A stretch of DNA of 64,000 nt from positions 115,775 through 179,774 of the forward strand of contig CAWGDS010000002.1 of NCBI GenBank assembly GCA_963821425.1, read 5' to 3'. The notes below the pieces were generated by a model that worked only from the letters and a program-made list of their open reading frames with translations, did no database searches and was not told the DNA's origin. The DNA comes from an uncultured Solirubrobacteraceae bacterium (GTDB lineage: Bacteria; Actinomycetota; Thermoleophilia; Solirubrobacterales; Solirubrobacteraceae). This document shows, one piece after another, positions 1 through 8,086 of the stretch (position 1 is the stretch's first letter; every line of letters starts with the position of its first letter). The translations under genes and the position numbers were made by a program.

Positions 1-358
1 TGTAGCTCTGGACGTGGATCGCCCTGCCGTCGTGAATCGTCCATATCTGCCCGACGTGTTGCTCGACGGGGATACCGGTGAAGCGACCTTTCGCGCTGAG
101 GCGCAGCGAGACGACCACCGACGTGCCGGCCTCGCGGAATCCGGTCGGGTCGAAGCGGATCTGGTCCATCGCCTCGCGGAAGGAGTCGAAGTAACGGCGG
201 ACTCCGTCATAGCCGCGATAGACGTCGGGCTCCGGGGAGAGCTCGGGGCCCACGGACGTTTCGAACTCGGGATGCAGCAGAGCGAAAATGCGCTCCATGT
301 TCCCGCTGTTGATGGCTGCGTTCACGCGCCGGACGATCTCGAAATTCTCCTGGGGCAT
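1..358 (-). CDS. SnoaL-like / NTF2-fold family protein; the 3' end runs off the window
   Basis: Reverse-strand ATG at comp(356-358) gives MPQENFEIVRRVNAAINSGNMERIFALLHPEFETSVGPE..., open to the window edge. This is a typical SnoaL/ketosteroid-isomerase-like N-terminus. It is absent from the ORF track because there is no stop in the window. The + strand ORF 14-547 is its antisense shadow. Confidence 0.55.
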   Translation of the reverse strand, partial: MPQENFEIVRRVNAAINSGNMERIFALLHPEFETSVGPELSPEPDVYRGYDGVRRYFDSFREAMDQIRFDPTGFREAGTSVVVSLRLSAKGRFTGIPVEQHVGQIWTIHDGRAIHVQSY

Positions 359-908
359 CAGCTACTGCATAACGCCGGGATCGGCAGGTTCGTGAGTCGT
401 CTACTCCTCCAGCCCTGCCGCTCGCAACGCCTCGTCGTGATCGAGGAAGGAGTGCATCCGCGAGATCCTTCCATCGCGAAGGGGCGTGGCACGGTGACTG
501 CAAAATGGCGAACGCCCACGTACCGAGGAGCCGGCGGCGCAACGTGAGAGCCGAGAATCAGCGCCCGCTAAAGGGCGAGGAGGGACGCCGCGCAGCAGTC
601 CGTGCGGTCGAAGCTCGACCCTGGAGGGGGCTTTGGGCCGAGCGAGTCGCAGGCGCCCCCCTCAACAGTGACCGTAGCGAGTGGATCAGATGAGATCCCT
701 GCAGGCCCACTGAGCTTGAAAGTAGAGTCACGGCGTTGTGCGGGGGCGTCGTTCGTTTATCGGCGGGGCGGTGGTGCTGGTCGTGATCAGCGCTGCGATA
801 GCGGGCGGTAGCATGGGCACACGAGACGAGAGAAAAGAACCGGAAGCCACCGAAGGGCTCGCAGCATAAGACCAAAAACGTAAGATTTGCAGGTAGTTTG
901 TAGTACGC

Positions 909-981
909 GCGGCGATAGCTCAGTTGGTAGAGCGCAAGCTTCCCAAGCTTGAGGTCGCGGGTTCGAGACCCGTTCGCCGCT
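909..981 (+). tRNA. tRNA-Gly (anticodon CCC)
   Basis: A 73-nt cloverleaf. The acceptor GCGGCGA pairs with TCGCCGC. The D-arm is GCTC-AGTTGGTA-GAGC. The anticodon stem CAAGC/GCTTG carries the loop TT-CCC-AA (CCC at 942-944). The T-arm is GCGGG-TTCGAGA-CCCGT and the discriminator is U73. No encoded CCA. Confidence 0.9.
940..981 (+). repeat. attL: 42-bp direct repeat copy 1 (3' part of tRNA-Gly)
   Basis: ttcccaagcttgaggtcgcgggttcgagacccgttcgccgct is identical to 6693-6734. Confidence 0.85.
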
Positions 982-1129
982 CTCGTCGATTTGCAGGGAT
1001 TTTTAGTCGCAATCGGTTCCAAAATGTTCGAACGATATCGGCTGTACCACAGGTCGGTACCACAAACTGGATACCTTTGGATACGCCCGGTGGCTTCTAA
1101 GCCAGGTTCGACTGCCGATACATGGCGAG

Positions 1130-1765
1130 ATGAGGCACCACAGGTCAGCTCTACTCGCGCTCACTGGAGCGGTGCTCCTCGCGTCGTGCGGCGCCCCGTC
1201 TCGCGAGCAGCGAAAGGCCGCCGCTATCAACCTCCGCAGCGGCGACCTCCCAGCAGCGAAGCAGGTCGCGCCCGTGATTCAGCTCACGAACAAAGCCGTC
1301 ACCCCATGCGCGGGGGTCGCGGGCCGCTTCTACCGAGCACCGTCGAAGACGTTCCTGCTTGGCAAGAGCCAACAGGAATACTGGGCGATGGGATCGGCGG
1401 TCGACGTGTTCCCGACGCGTGCGGCGGCGCTCGCCTACGTGTCGGCGCTAACGGCGCCCGCGGTACAGCAGTGCTGGGTGCAGAGCAGCATCGCAGCGGG
1501 CTTTCCGTCCGTCTTGGGCGCAGAAGCTCTCGCATCTCCCGCTGCGCTCGGCCGCGGTGGAGTCGCACTTCAAATGAAGGTGCAATTCCAAGACCCGCGG
1601 CCATCCCAAACCACTGTGCGGCTCTACGCCTTCCCCGCTGGTCACACGGTGGTCGAGCTCCTGGCTCAAAGGCCCAACGAGCCCACGGAGTTCCCGCTCT
1701 CTGATGAAGCCGTCATTCGCCACGCTCTCGGGATCCTCAGAGCCCGAGCCCAGCACGCGTCCTAG
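1130..1765 (+). CDS. Hypothetical lipoprotein (island cargo)
   Basis: N-terminus MRHHRSALLALTGAVLLASCG has a signal peptide with lipobox L-L-A-S-C. No recognisable domain. Confidence 0.5.
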   Translation: MRHHRSALLALTGAVLLASCGAPSREQRKAAAINLRSGDLPAAKQVAPVIQLTNKAVTPCAGVAGRFYRAPSKTFLLGKSQQEYWAMGSAVDVFPTRAAALAYVSALTAPAVQQCWVQSSIAAGFPSVLGAEALASPAALGRGGVALQMKVQFQDPRPSQTTVRLYAFPAGHTVVELLAQRPNEPTEFPLSDEAVIRHALGILRARAQHAS

Positions 1766-2124
1766 CCGGTGCTCGGGGCCCACGTGGGTGCCAGAGCCGA
1801 CCCGGCTCGTCAACCCCTCCGGGGTCGCGGCCTTGCGGCCGCTTGACGGGCCGCACCGGCTCCGGCGGTGCAGCAATCAGGTCGGCAAGCCGACCTCGCC
1901 TCGAGCGGAGGCGTGCGCATCCCAGACCCGAGGTCATTTGACAGGCGGTGCTAAGGCGGGTCGGGAGCGCCGCTGTTCCTCCGCGGAGCGGATCGCCTCA
2001 ACAGCGACCCAGCCAACGCCGAGCTCGTCACCGCCGGGCGCACCCCTAAGTGCCCCTGCGCGAGCGTGAGCCGAGCGCCAGCGGCCGAAGCGGGGGATAC
2101 GATCGATTGGCGATCAGGACGGAT

Positions 2125-2832
2125 ATGAACCACAGGGAAGACGGGCGTTTCGACACCCCCCGCTACACGACCGCCGAAGCCGCGCGGTTCGTCGGCGTTC
2201 CGACGTCGACGTTCTCGACCTGGGCCAACGGCTACGTCCGTCGGCCGCTGGGCCGGCCCGAGGTCATTGGCCGCCCCATCGTGAGCAGCGTCGCAGCGGA
2301 TCGTGGTTACCCGTCGGTGCCCTTCGTCGGTCTTGCCGAAGCTATGGTGCTGGCCGCCTTCCGACGGGCCGGCGTCAGTCTCCAGCACATCAGGCAGGCG
2401 GTAGCGATCATCAGTGACGAGATCGGCCTCGAGCATGCCCTGGCGTCGCGGCGGCTCTTCAGCGATGGGGCCGTGATCCTCTACGACTACGCGGAGGCCG
2501 AGCGTGACGGCGAGCTCGGGGGCCTGACCGAGGTGGTCTCGCGCCAGGGCGTTTTCGCGCCGATCGTCGCGGAGTATCTGAAGCGCATCACCTACGGCGG
2601 CGACGGCTACGCCGTTCAACTTGTCTCGCCGGCGACCAGCAGGCCGTTGATCGCGGCGGACCCTGAGCGGGCGTTCGGGCAGCCGATCTTCATCCATGGT
2701 GCCGCGCGGGTCGAGGACGTCCTCGATCGCTGGCGCGCCGGCGAGCCGCTGAGCGAGGTCGCGGAGGACTTCGGCGTCCCGCCCGAGGACGTCGAGGACA
2801 TCCTCCGTGTCACGCTTCCCGCAGCAGCCTGA
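2125..2832 (+). CDS. HTH + DUF433-type antitoxin (VapB45-like)
   Basis: Start taken at ATG 2125 inside ORF 2050-2832. The N-terminal HTH-like segment is YTTAEAARFVGVPTSTFSTWANG. The C-terminus is DUF433-like (FGQPIFIHGAARVEDVLDRWRAGEPLSEVAEDFGVPPEDVEDIL). It overlaps the downstream toxin gene by 26 nt. Confidence 0.6.
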   Translation: MNHREDGRFDTPRYTTAEAARFVGVPTSTFSTWANGYVRRPLGRPEVIGRPIVSSVAADRGYPSVPFVGLAEAMVLAAFRRAGVSLQHIRQAVAIISDEIGLEHALASRRLFSDGAVILYDYAEAERDGELGGLTEVVSRQGVFAPIVAEYLKRITYGGDGYAVQLVSPATSRPLIAADPERAFGQPIFIHGAARVEDVLDRWRAGEPLSEVAEDFGVPPEDVEDILRVTLPAAA

Positions 2833-3223
2833 GTTCTTCGTCGATCGAAGCCTCGGCCGTCACCGGGTGCCTCAGGCCCTGAGAGAGCGCGGCTGGCTCC
2901 TTCGCACCCACCACGAGGTCTATGGCGAGCGGGACGAGGAGATCCTCGACGTCGAGTGGCTCGAGCTGTGCGGGCGCGAGGACATGCCGGTTCTCTCTAA
3001 GGACCGTCGGCTTCGCTATCGCCCAGCCGAGATCGACACGATCCGGGGTTTTGGGGTGCGCGCCTTCATCCTCACCGCTGGCAGCCTGTCCGGTGCAGAG
3101 CAGGCCTCTAGGTTCGACCGGAGTCGGGCGAGGATCGAAGAAGCCTGCCTCGACACGGGCCCATTGGTTTACAAAGTGCACGCGAATCGGATCGTCCGAG
3201 TCTTCCCGTCGCCTCAGTCGTAG
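2807..3223 (+). CDS. DUF5615 / PIN-like putative toxin (VapC45-like)
   Basis: GTG start. The N-terminus PEFFVDRSLGRHRVPQALRERGW matches the F(F/L)VDENLG pattern of DUF5615 PIN-like proteins. It continues with DVEWLELCGREDMPVLSKD. It is paired with the DUF433 gene. Confidence 0.55.
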   Translation: MSRFPQQPEFFVDRSLGRHRVPQALRERGWLLRTHHEVYGERDEEILDVEWLELCGREDMPVLSKDRRLRYRPAEIDTIRGFGVRAFILTAGSLSGAEQASRFDRSRARIEEACLDTGPLVYKVHANRIVRVFPSPQS

Positions 3224-3296
3224 GGGCGGCGATTCTGGCTACCTCGCCGCGGACCGTTGTGTGTCCTTGGACGGCGAATCCGCGCCATCAGCCCCG

Positions 3297-4313
3297 TCAG
3301 CCTTCGAGGGGTGCGCGTAGGTTGCCGACCGACGTCACGGAGCTGCCCGCGGCGGTCGGAGGGCTAATGGCGCGTACCAGTCCGCCAGTGTTGTCGAGCC
3401 ATTCGATCTTCGTGGGCTCGGTTTCATGCACGGTCTTGTCCCACTGCAACGTGACGCGGCGGCGCTGGGCCCGAGTGAGGTGCGTCGCGAAGATTGAGGG
3501 TTCCAGGCGTTTCAGCTCGGCCTCGACACGAGGAGTCGGTGGGGGTGGTGTGAACAAGAAAGCATTTGCGTTGGCCGGCACGACGATCGAAGGCGTTTCC
3601 CGATAGGCGATGCGCACCGAGGTGACGCCATCGGGCACCAGTTCGACGATCAGTTCCTTGGTCAAGTCCGGCTGGAAGACCCGCCCAGCTTCGTCGATCG
3701 CCGCGAACGGTTCACAGCCGGGAGGAGATGCGTTTTCGCCGCCTCCGACCTCCACGATGCAGTCGACCGGCTCGACCAGACGCCGCCGCTGCTCTTCGAC
3801 GAGCACGCGTCGCTCACGCTGCCCGGCCGGCAGACAGTGCGCTGGGAGCACCGCTTCGGGGCGCCCGTACGCCGGGATCACGAAATAGCGCCTCCCATCG
3901 GGGAGCCTGGTCAGCTGACGCACATAGGCCGGGTAGTAGCCCGAGAGCTCGTAGACCTTGGAGAGTTCGCGCTCCAGCCCGTCGCCATCCGGTTTCAGCC
4001 CAGAAAGCTGGTCACCCGGCAACGCTGATCTACGAAAGACAGCGAAGTTGGACAGGATTGTCGCGTCCAGCGGGGTCGAGAGTTCCTTGGGGAGCGCCGG
4101 CCGGGCCCCAAACAACCTGAGTGCGGCTGGCATGCAGGATGACGACCGGTGCGTCACGCTCGCTGTCGCCGTCCCTGTGGAGGAACCACAGGCGCTGAGG
4201 ACGAGGCCAAGCCCTGCAATCAGTGCGACCAGACCGCTTACGCCGGCGGACCGCCGCCGGGCGCGATCCTGGCAGAGCAACTGGTTACATGTCTCGCCGA
4301 GTGTCGATGCCAC
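3297..4313 (-). CDS. Hypothetical lipoprotein (island cargo)
   Basis: RRRSAGVSGLVALIAGLGLVLSACGSS gives a signal peptide with lipobox L-S-A-C. No recognisable domain. The start codon is uncertain. Confidence 0.5.
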   Translation of the reverse strand: MASTLGETCNQLLCQDRARRRSAGVSGLVALIAGLGLVLSACGSSTGTATASVTHRSSSCMPAALRLFGARPALPKELSTPLDATILSNFAVFRRSALPGDQLSGLKPDGDGLERELSKVYELSGYYPAYVRQLTRLPDGRRYFVIPAYGRPEAVLPAHCLPAGQRERRVLVEEQRRRLVEPVDCIVEVGGGENASPPGCEPFAAIDEAGRVFQPDLTKELIVELVPDGVTSVRIAYRETPSIVVPANANAFLFTPPPPTPRVEAELKRLEPSIFATHLTRAQRRRVTLQWDKTVHETEPTKIEWLDNTGGLVRAISPPTAAGSSVTSVGNLRAPLEG

Positions 4314-4532
4314 GCATGGAAGTTACCGCGGAGCCAGCAACTGCGCGCGCGAGAGCCGTCCTTTAACGGCGGGGTGGCTGGCATTTTCGGGCGGGACGCG
4401 ACCGTCGGACTCAGGACACGCTTGCAACGGCTCAGGACCAAACCCCGGGCTGAGCCGAATCGCGGATTGGAGGTCGGATTTGACCCCGGATCCCAAATCC
4501 GAGCCGGAGGCTGGCGTTACGGGGGTCGGTGG

Positions 4533-4593
4533 GCTGGCTTGGTGCTCGACCTCGAACCCCCTACGTGTGTCCGAGGTCGAGCACCAAGCCAGC
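4533..4593. repeat. Perfect 22-bp inverted repeat (hairpin) with a 17-nt loop
   Basis: gctggcttggtgctcgacctcg (4533-4554) is the exact reverse complement of cgaggtcgagcaccaagccagc (4572-4593). Confidence 0.85.
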
Positions 4594-4756
4594 AACAAGC
4601 AGTAATGAGAACGAAGGAAGGGAAGGCATGGAGGGAAGGAACAAAGAATGAGTAGGAGGTAAGGGAGAGGAAGAAAAACAACGCCGCCCGCCGCCGCGCG
4701 CCACCGACGACACGAAAGAAAAAAGAAGAGCAGAAGAGGGGAAGTAAAAGAGGGCC
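4594..4756 (+). other. Two polypurine (A/G) tracts split by a GC-only block
   Basis: 4594-4682 and 4713-4756 are almost entirely A/G on the + strand (ggaagggaagg, gaggtaagggagaggaagaaaaa, gaaagaaaaaagaagagcagaagagggg). They flank cgccgcccgccgccgcgcgccaccgacgac. The composition is strongly atypical for this window. Confidence 0.8.
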
Positions 4757-4810
4757 TAGAGACGCCACGAACGCCGGAACGCCCGGAGCCGTCGGGGTAG
4801 AGTCCCGAGC

Positions 4811-5077
4811 GTGGACCGAGCCGCTAGAACACGCATCAAATTCGCTTATGCGCTGTTCCTTGCGGGAGCCGTACTGGGTGTCATCGCCGGTGCGTCCGAC
4901 GCTTCCGAACATGCTCGCGCACTCGCGGGTGCGATCGCCCTTCTGCTGCTGATCAGCGGCCTGAGGCTCGGATTGCGCGGGCGCGGGCAGCCGCCGGGCG
5001 GAGATTTCTGGGGCGGAGGTCCACCGAGCGGCGGTCACCACGGCGGCGGTGGTGGCCACGGTGGCGGTGGGCACTAA
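4811..5077 (+). CDS. Small membrane protein with a Gly/His-rich tail (hypothetical)
   Basis: GTG start. There are two hydrophobic segments and the C-terminus is GGGPPSGGHHGGGGGHGGGGH. Support is weak. Confidence 0.3.
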   Translation: MDRAARTRIKFAYALFLAGAVLGVIAGASDASEHARALAGAIALLLLISGLRLGLRGRGQPPGGDFWGGGPPSGGHHGGGGGHGGGGH

Positions 5078-5168
5078 TAGGCGCCGCCGCGGACTTTCGC
5101 CTAACCCCTGCTAGGGGCGCTCAAGGAGATCGCGGCTCTGCTCGATTCAGGGTTACGCTCTAGCTGCC

Positions 5169-5357
5169 ATGCGCCAGGGTGCCCTCATGCTCACCAAGAC
5201 CCAACAGCTTCTCGTGAGCTTCTCCGCCACGGTAATCGGCCTAGTGATCGCGGCACTAGTCGATGCTGGCTTTCTCGCCGGCATCGGCTTGATTGTGGTG
5301 GCCTACATCGTCCTCGGTCTGGGGCTCGTGGCCGTGCGACGCTTCCGCGCTACCTGA
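5169..5357 (+). CDS. Small two-TM membrane protein (hypothetical)
   Basis: 62 aa, with hydrophobic segments VSFSATVIGLVIAALV and GIGLIVVAYIVLGLGLVAV. Confidence 0.3.
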   Translation: MRQGALMLTKTQQLLVSFSATVIGLVIAALVDAGFLAGIGLIVVAYIVLGLGLVAVRRFRAT

Positions 5358-5381
5358 CGGGCCGGGCACTACCCGCTTGAC

Positions 5382-6629
5382 TCAGGAGGAGCGGCCGGTG
5401 GTGCTCGCCTGCTCGACGAGCCCGCTGAACGCCTGCCCGAGCAGCTGCGCGTCGGACGTGCGGTCCTTGTGGTGCAGGTACCGCGCCGTGGTACGCAGAT
5501 CGCGGTGGCCAAGCCAGCTCTGGACGGCGACCAGGTCGGCGCCGCCGGCCACAGCAAGCGACGCGAAGGTGTGCCGCAGGGCATGGAACGGCAGCGGCCG
5601 CAGGCCGGCCTTGTCGCGCGCTGTGACGTAGCGTCGCCGCAACGCCGAGCCGTCGAGCTTGCCGCCGAGCTCGCTCGGGAACACGAGGTCGTCATCATCG
5701 GCATCGTCGGGTCGCCAGGCGGCGAGCGGGTGGGCCAGCTGCGGCGCCATCGGCAAGGTCCGCGCGCTCTGCCACTTCGGCCGCGCCCGTTCGTCCTTGT
5801 CCACACCCATCGACTCTGCGATGTACAGCGAGCTGCGCGTGAAGTCGACACGGCCCCATCTAAGGGACAGCACCTCGCCGCGGCGTAGCCCGGCGAAGGC
5901 GGCGGTCTTGAAGATCAGCGCGTCCCGCTCGCCGGCGTTTCGCGCGAGCGCCTCGATCTCCTCGACTGAGAAGAACGGCGGAGCGTCGTGGTTGATTCGT
6001 TCGGAGTGGCGCTTGATGCCGTGCGTCGGGTTGCGCACGAGCCCGTAGTCCTCGCCCGCCCACGAAAGGATCGCCCGCAGCTCGCTGTGAAGGCGGTTGG
6101 CGTTGCGATTGCTCACCGGCCCGCCCTCGCGGCGCGGGCTATGCAGGGCGCTCCACCAGGCTTTGACCTGCTTGGGCGTGATCTCGGCGGCCGGCGTCTC
6201 TCCGAACGTCGCCGAGAGGGCCTTGACGGTGTAGCGGCGGTTGCGCAGGCTCATCGGAGACCAGCCGCCCTCGGCTTCGCCGTACTCGAGCCAGCGATCG
6301 GCCACGAGCTTGAACGGTGCTCGCGCGTTGTCTTCGAGCAAGTCCTCGCTTGCGGTGAGCTTCGCCTCCTGCTCGTCCTTCAACTCAAGGGCGCGAGCGT
6401 TTGCCTCCTGGATCGTGAGGGCGCCCTCGGGGCGCTTGCCGCGTCGGTTGCGGTAGCCGTCTCCGTAGCGCTCCGCCCACACGAGGCCGATCCGCTGCGT
6501 GCGCTGCGAGCCGGTCGTGTCTCGCCAGCGCGCGTAGGCCACCAGACCCTCGGAGCGCTCGCGGTAGGCGATGACCACTTCGGCGACCGTACCACATCTG
6601 TACCACGAACTACCCTCACTGAACCCCAT
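5382..6629 (-). CDS. int: Tyrosine-type site-specific recombinase / integrase
   Basis: The C-terminal catalytic signature is FAGLRRGEVLSLRW ... FHALRHTFASLAVAGGADLVAVQSWLGHRDLRTTARYLH (R, HxxR, H, Y). It lies adjacent to attR. Confidence 0.9.
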   Translation of the reverse strand: MGFSEGSSWYRCGTVAEVVIAYRERSEGLVAYARWRDTTGSQRTQRIGLVWAERYGDGYRNRRGKRPEGALTIQEANARALELKDEQEAKLTASEDLLEDNARAPFKLVADRWLEYGEAEGGWSPMSLRNRRYTVKALSATFGETPAAEITPKQVKAWWSALHSPRREGGPVSNRNANRLHSELRAILSWAGEDYGLVRNPTHGIKRHSERINHDAPPFFSVEEIEALARNAGERDALIFKTAAFAGLRRGEVLSLRWGRVDFTRSSLYIAESMGVDKDERARPKWQSARTLPMAPQLAHPLAAWRPDDADDDDLVFPSELGGKLDGSALRRRYVTARDKAGLRPLPFHALRHTFASLAVAGGADLVAVQSWLGHRDLRTTARYLHHKDRTSDAQLLGQAFSGLVEQASTTGRSS

Positions 6630-6692
6630 CCAACACGGCTCAGATGCGCCTATTCATCCCAGTTTTACTGAACTTCACTTTCCAACGCGTTT

Positions 6693-6734
6693 TTCCCAAG
6701 CTTGAGGTCGCGGGTTCGAGACCCGTTCGCCGCT
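6693..6734 (+). repeat. attR: 42-bp direct repeat copy 2 (tRNA-Gly 3' fragment, not a gene)
   Basis: Identical to 940-981. The 5' half of the tRNA is absent, and identity breaks at 6692 and 6735. Confidence 0.85.
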
Positions 6735-6843
6735 TCCGTTCATCTGCGGGGACTTGAGAATCCAAACCGCTCTTTGGCTGACGGCGCCGGCCGGGAGGAG
6801 GCTCGCGGCGCAGCCTGTCTGACGCGTTGAGACGGCTGCCACT

Positions 6844-7851
6844 ATGAAGTGTGTGCCGGGAGTTCCACGGGTAGCCGCTGTGCTCGCGACCGCAGCGGTG
6901 GTGGCCGTCGTGGGCGCGGCGATGGTGGCGTCAGCGGCTGCTGAAACACAGGCGCAGTCGCCCGCAGGGCGGTCTCAGATCGCGCTAGAAGCAGCCGTAT
7001 CGACGCTCCGGCTCGTCAAGCCCGCGCGAAGCTGGACTCGTCTGCCGGGCGTCCCGGGCCGCGAGCGGCGGCTGATCGGCTCAGGCGCGACGGAAGACGA
7101 CAACCTGAGCCGCGAAGAGCGCGGGAAGCTCCAGACGCGCGCGACGCTCTGGGCCACGAGGTCGGCGCCGCCAGCGATCCTGGCCTACGTCCGCTCACGT
7201 CTGCCCCGCGACGCTACAGCCCAGGGGGAGTCGAGCTCCGGGACCTCGTACACGCGGCCCGGCCCGCCCGGCCCGACAACGAGCGCGGAAGTCCAACGCA
7301 ACTACAAACCCGACCTCTGGAGGCAGGAATTCACCCTACCCCCGGTGAGCGGCGTGCTACGTCGCCAGGCGCTGACCGTGTGGGTTGCGAAGGCGAAGCA
7401 CGGCCGATTTGTGATCCGCTTGGAAGGCAGCGCGGTCTGGGAGGGCGTGCGGCCGAGCTATTCGCTCCTTGGCGCCGAAGTCCACGCGATCACGATCACC
7501 AACACGTTTCCAACCTCGAGCAAGGTGGGCCCGAGCCCGGCGGTGGTCTCCAATCCCTCGCTCGTCCAAGAACTCGTGGCACTCGTCAACGCGATCCCGA
7601 TCTTCGAAGACAAAGGCGCAGTGTTCGGCTGCCCAGTGGAGAAGCCGCACCCCGGAAGCTTCGTGGTGACGTTCGCCGAACAGCTTGGCGCGCCCCCGGT
7701 TGCGACTCTCGAAGGCGAACCCTACGGCTGCGGCGAAAGCTTCCTGCCGATCATCTCCGTCCCGGGGCATCCTCCGCTCGAACTGGACGTGGAACCGGCG
7801 CTCACCAAGATGATCAACAGGATCGCGGGCCTGCACCTACCGAATGGCTGA
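6844..7851 (+). CDS. Secreted hypothetical protein
   Basis: Signal-peptide-like N-terminus MKCVPGVPRVAAVLATAAVVAVVGAAMVASAAA. No recognised domain. Glu codons are GAA-rich (16 GAA, 5 GAG by hand count). Confidence 0.5.
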   Translation: MKCVPGVPRVAAVLATAAVVAVVGAAMVASAAAETQAQSPAGRSQIALEAAVSTLRLVKPARSWTRLPGVPGRERRLIGSGATEDDNLSREERGKLQTRATLWATRSAPPAILAYVRSRLPRDATAQGESSSGTSYTRPGPPGPTTSAEVQRNYKPDLWRQEFTLPPVSGVLRRQALTVWVAKAKHGRFVIRLEGSAVWEGVRPSYSLLGAEVHAITITNTFPTSSKVGPSPAVVSNPSLVQELVALVNAIPIFEDKGAVFGCPVEKPHPGSFVVTFAEQLGAPPVATLEGEPYGCGESFLPIISVPGHPPLELDVEPALTKMINRIAGLHLPNG

Positions 7852-7864
7852 ATGAAAGCGTCTC

Positions 7865-8086
7865 TCACGCCTGGCGCGAGCGCTTCCCCCGCCGCCCCGC
7901 CACACGCGAGACGGAGATCCACAGCAGCGCGGGTACCGCGACGGGGAGCAGCCACCACGCGTTGACCGACAGTTCCACGAGCACCGCGACCGCCCCGATG
8001 GCGATCGCCACCCCGAGCGCCAGGCGCCAGTCGTCGCCGACGATGAACTGCCACACGGCTGTGGCCGCTCGCACGAGGTGTCTCAT
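7865..8086 (-). CDS. Small membrane protein (hypothetical)
   Basis: Internal ATG (comp 8084-8086) gives MRHLVRAATAVWQFIVGDDWRLALGVAIAIGAVAVLVEL.... It shows an ATGA start/stop overlap with the upstream gene. Confidence 0.4.
   Translation of the reverse strand: MRHLVRAATAVWQFIVGDDWRLALGVAIAIGAVAVLVELSVNAWWLLPVAVPALLWISVSRVAGRRGKRSRQA

Larger units (their letters stand above)
940..6734. mobile_element. Integrative genomic island in tRNA-Gly(CCC), ~5.8 kb, with integrase plus cargo
   Basis: Perfect 42-bp direct repeats lie at both ends. A tyrosine recombinase gene starts 64 nt inside the right repeat. The cargo has no housekeeping signature and includes locally low-GC non-coding DNA. Confidence 0.7.

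Noticed and set aside
401-456. 18-codon minus-strand mini-ORF (MHSFLDHDEALRAAGLEE) upstream of the SnoaL-like gene
   Set aside because: It may be a remnant of a C-terminal end or pure chance. It is too short to support.
14-547. 177-aa + strand ORF at the window start, and the 111-aa minus-strand ORF 207-542
   Set aside because: The + ORF is antisense to a SnoaL-like gene whose translation is much more protein-like. ORF 207-542 is in a different frame from that gene and its product is Arg-rich.
558-1022. 154-aa minus-strand ORF
   Set aside because: It runs straight through the tRNA-Gly gene, so it is not plausible as a CDS.
6693-6734. Second tRNA-Gly gene
   Set aside because: Only the 3' 42 nt are present, with no acceptor 5' strand or D-arm. 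It is the att repeat of the island.
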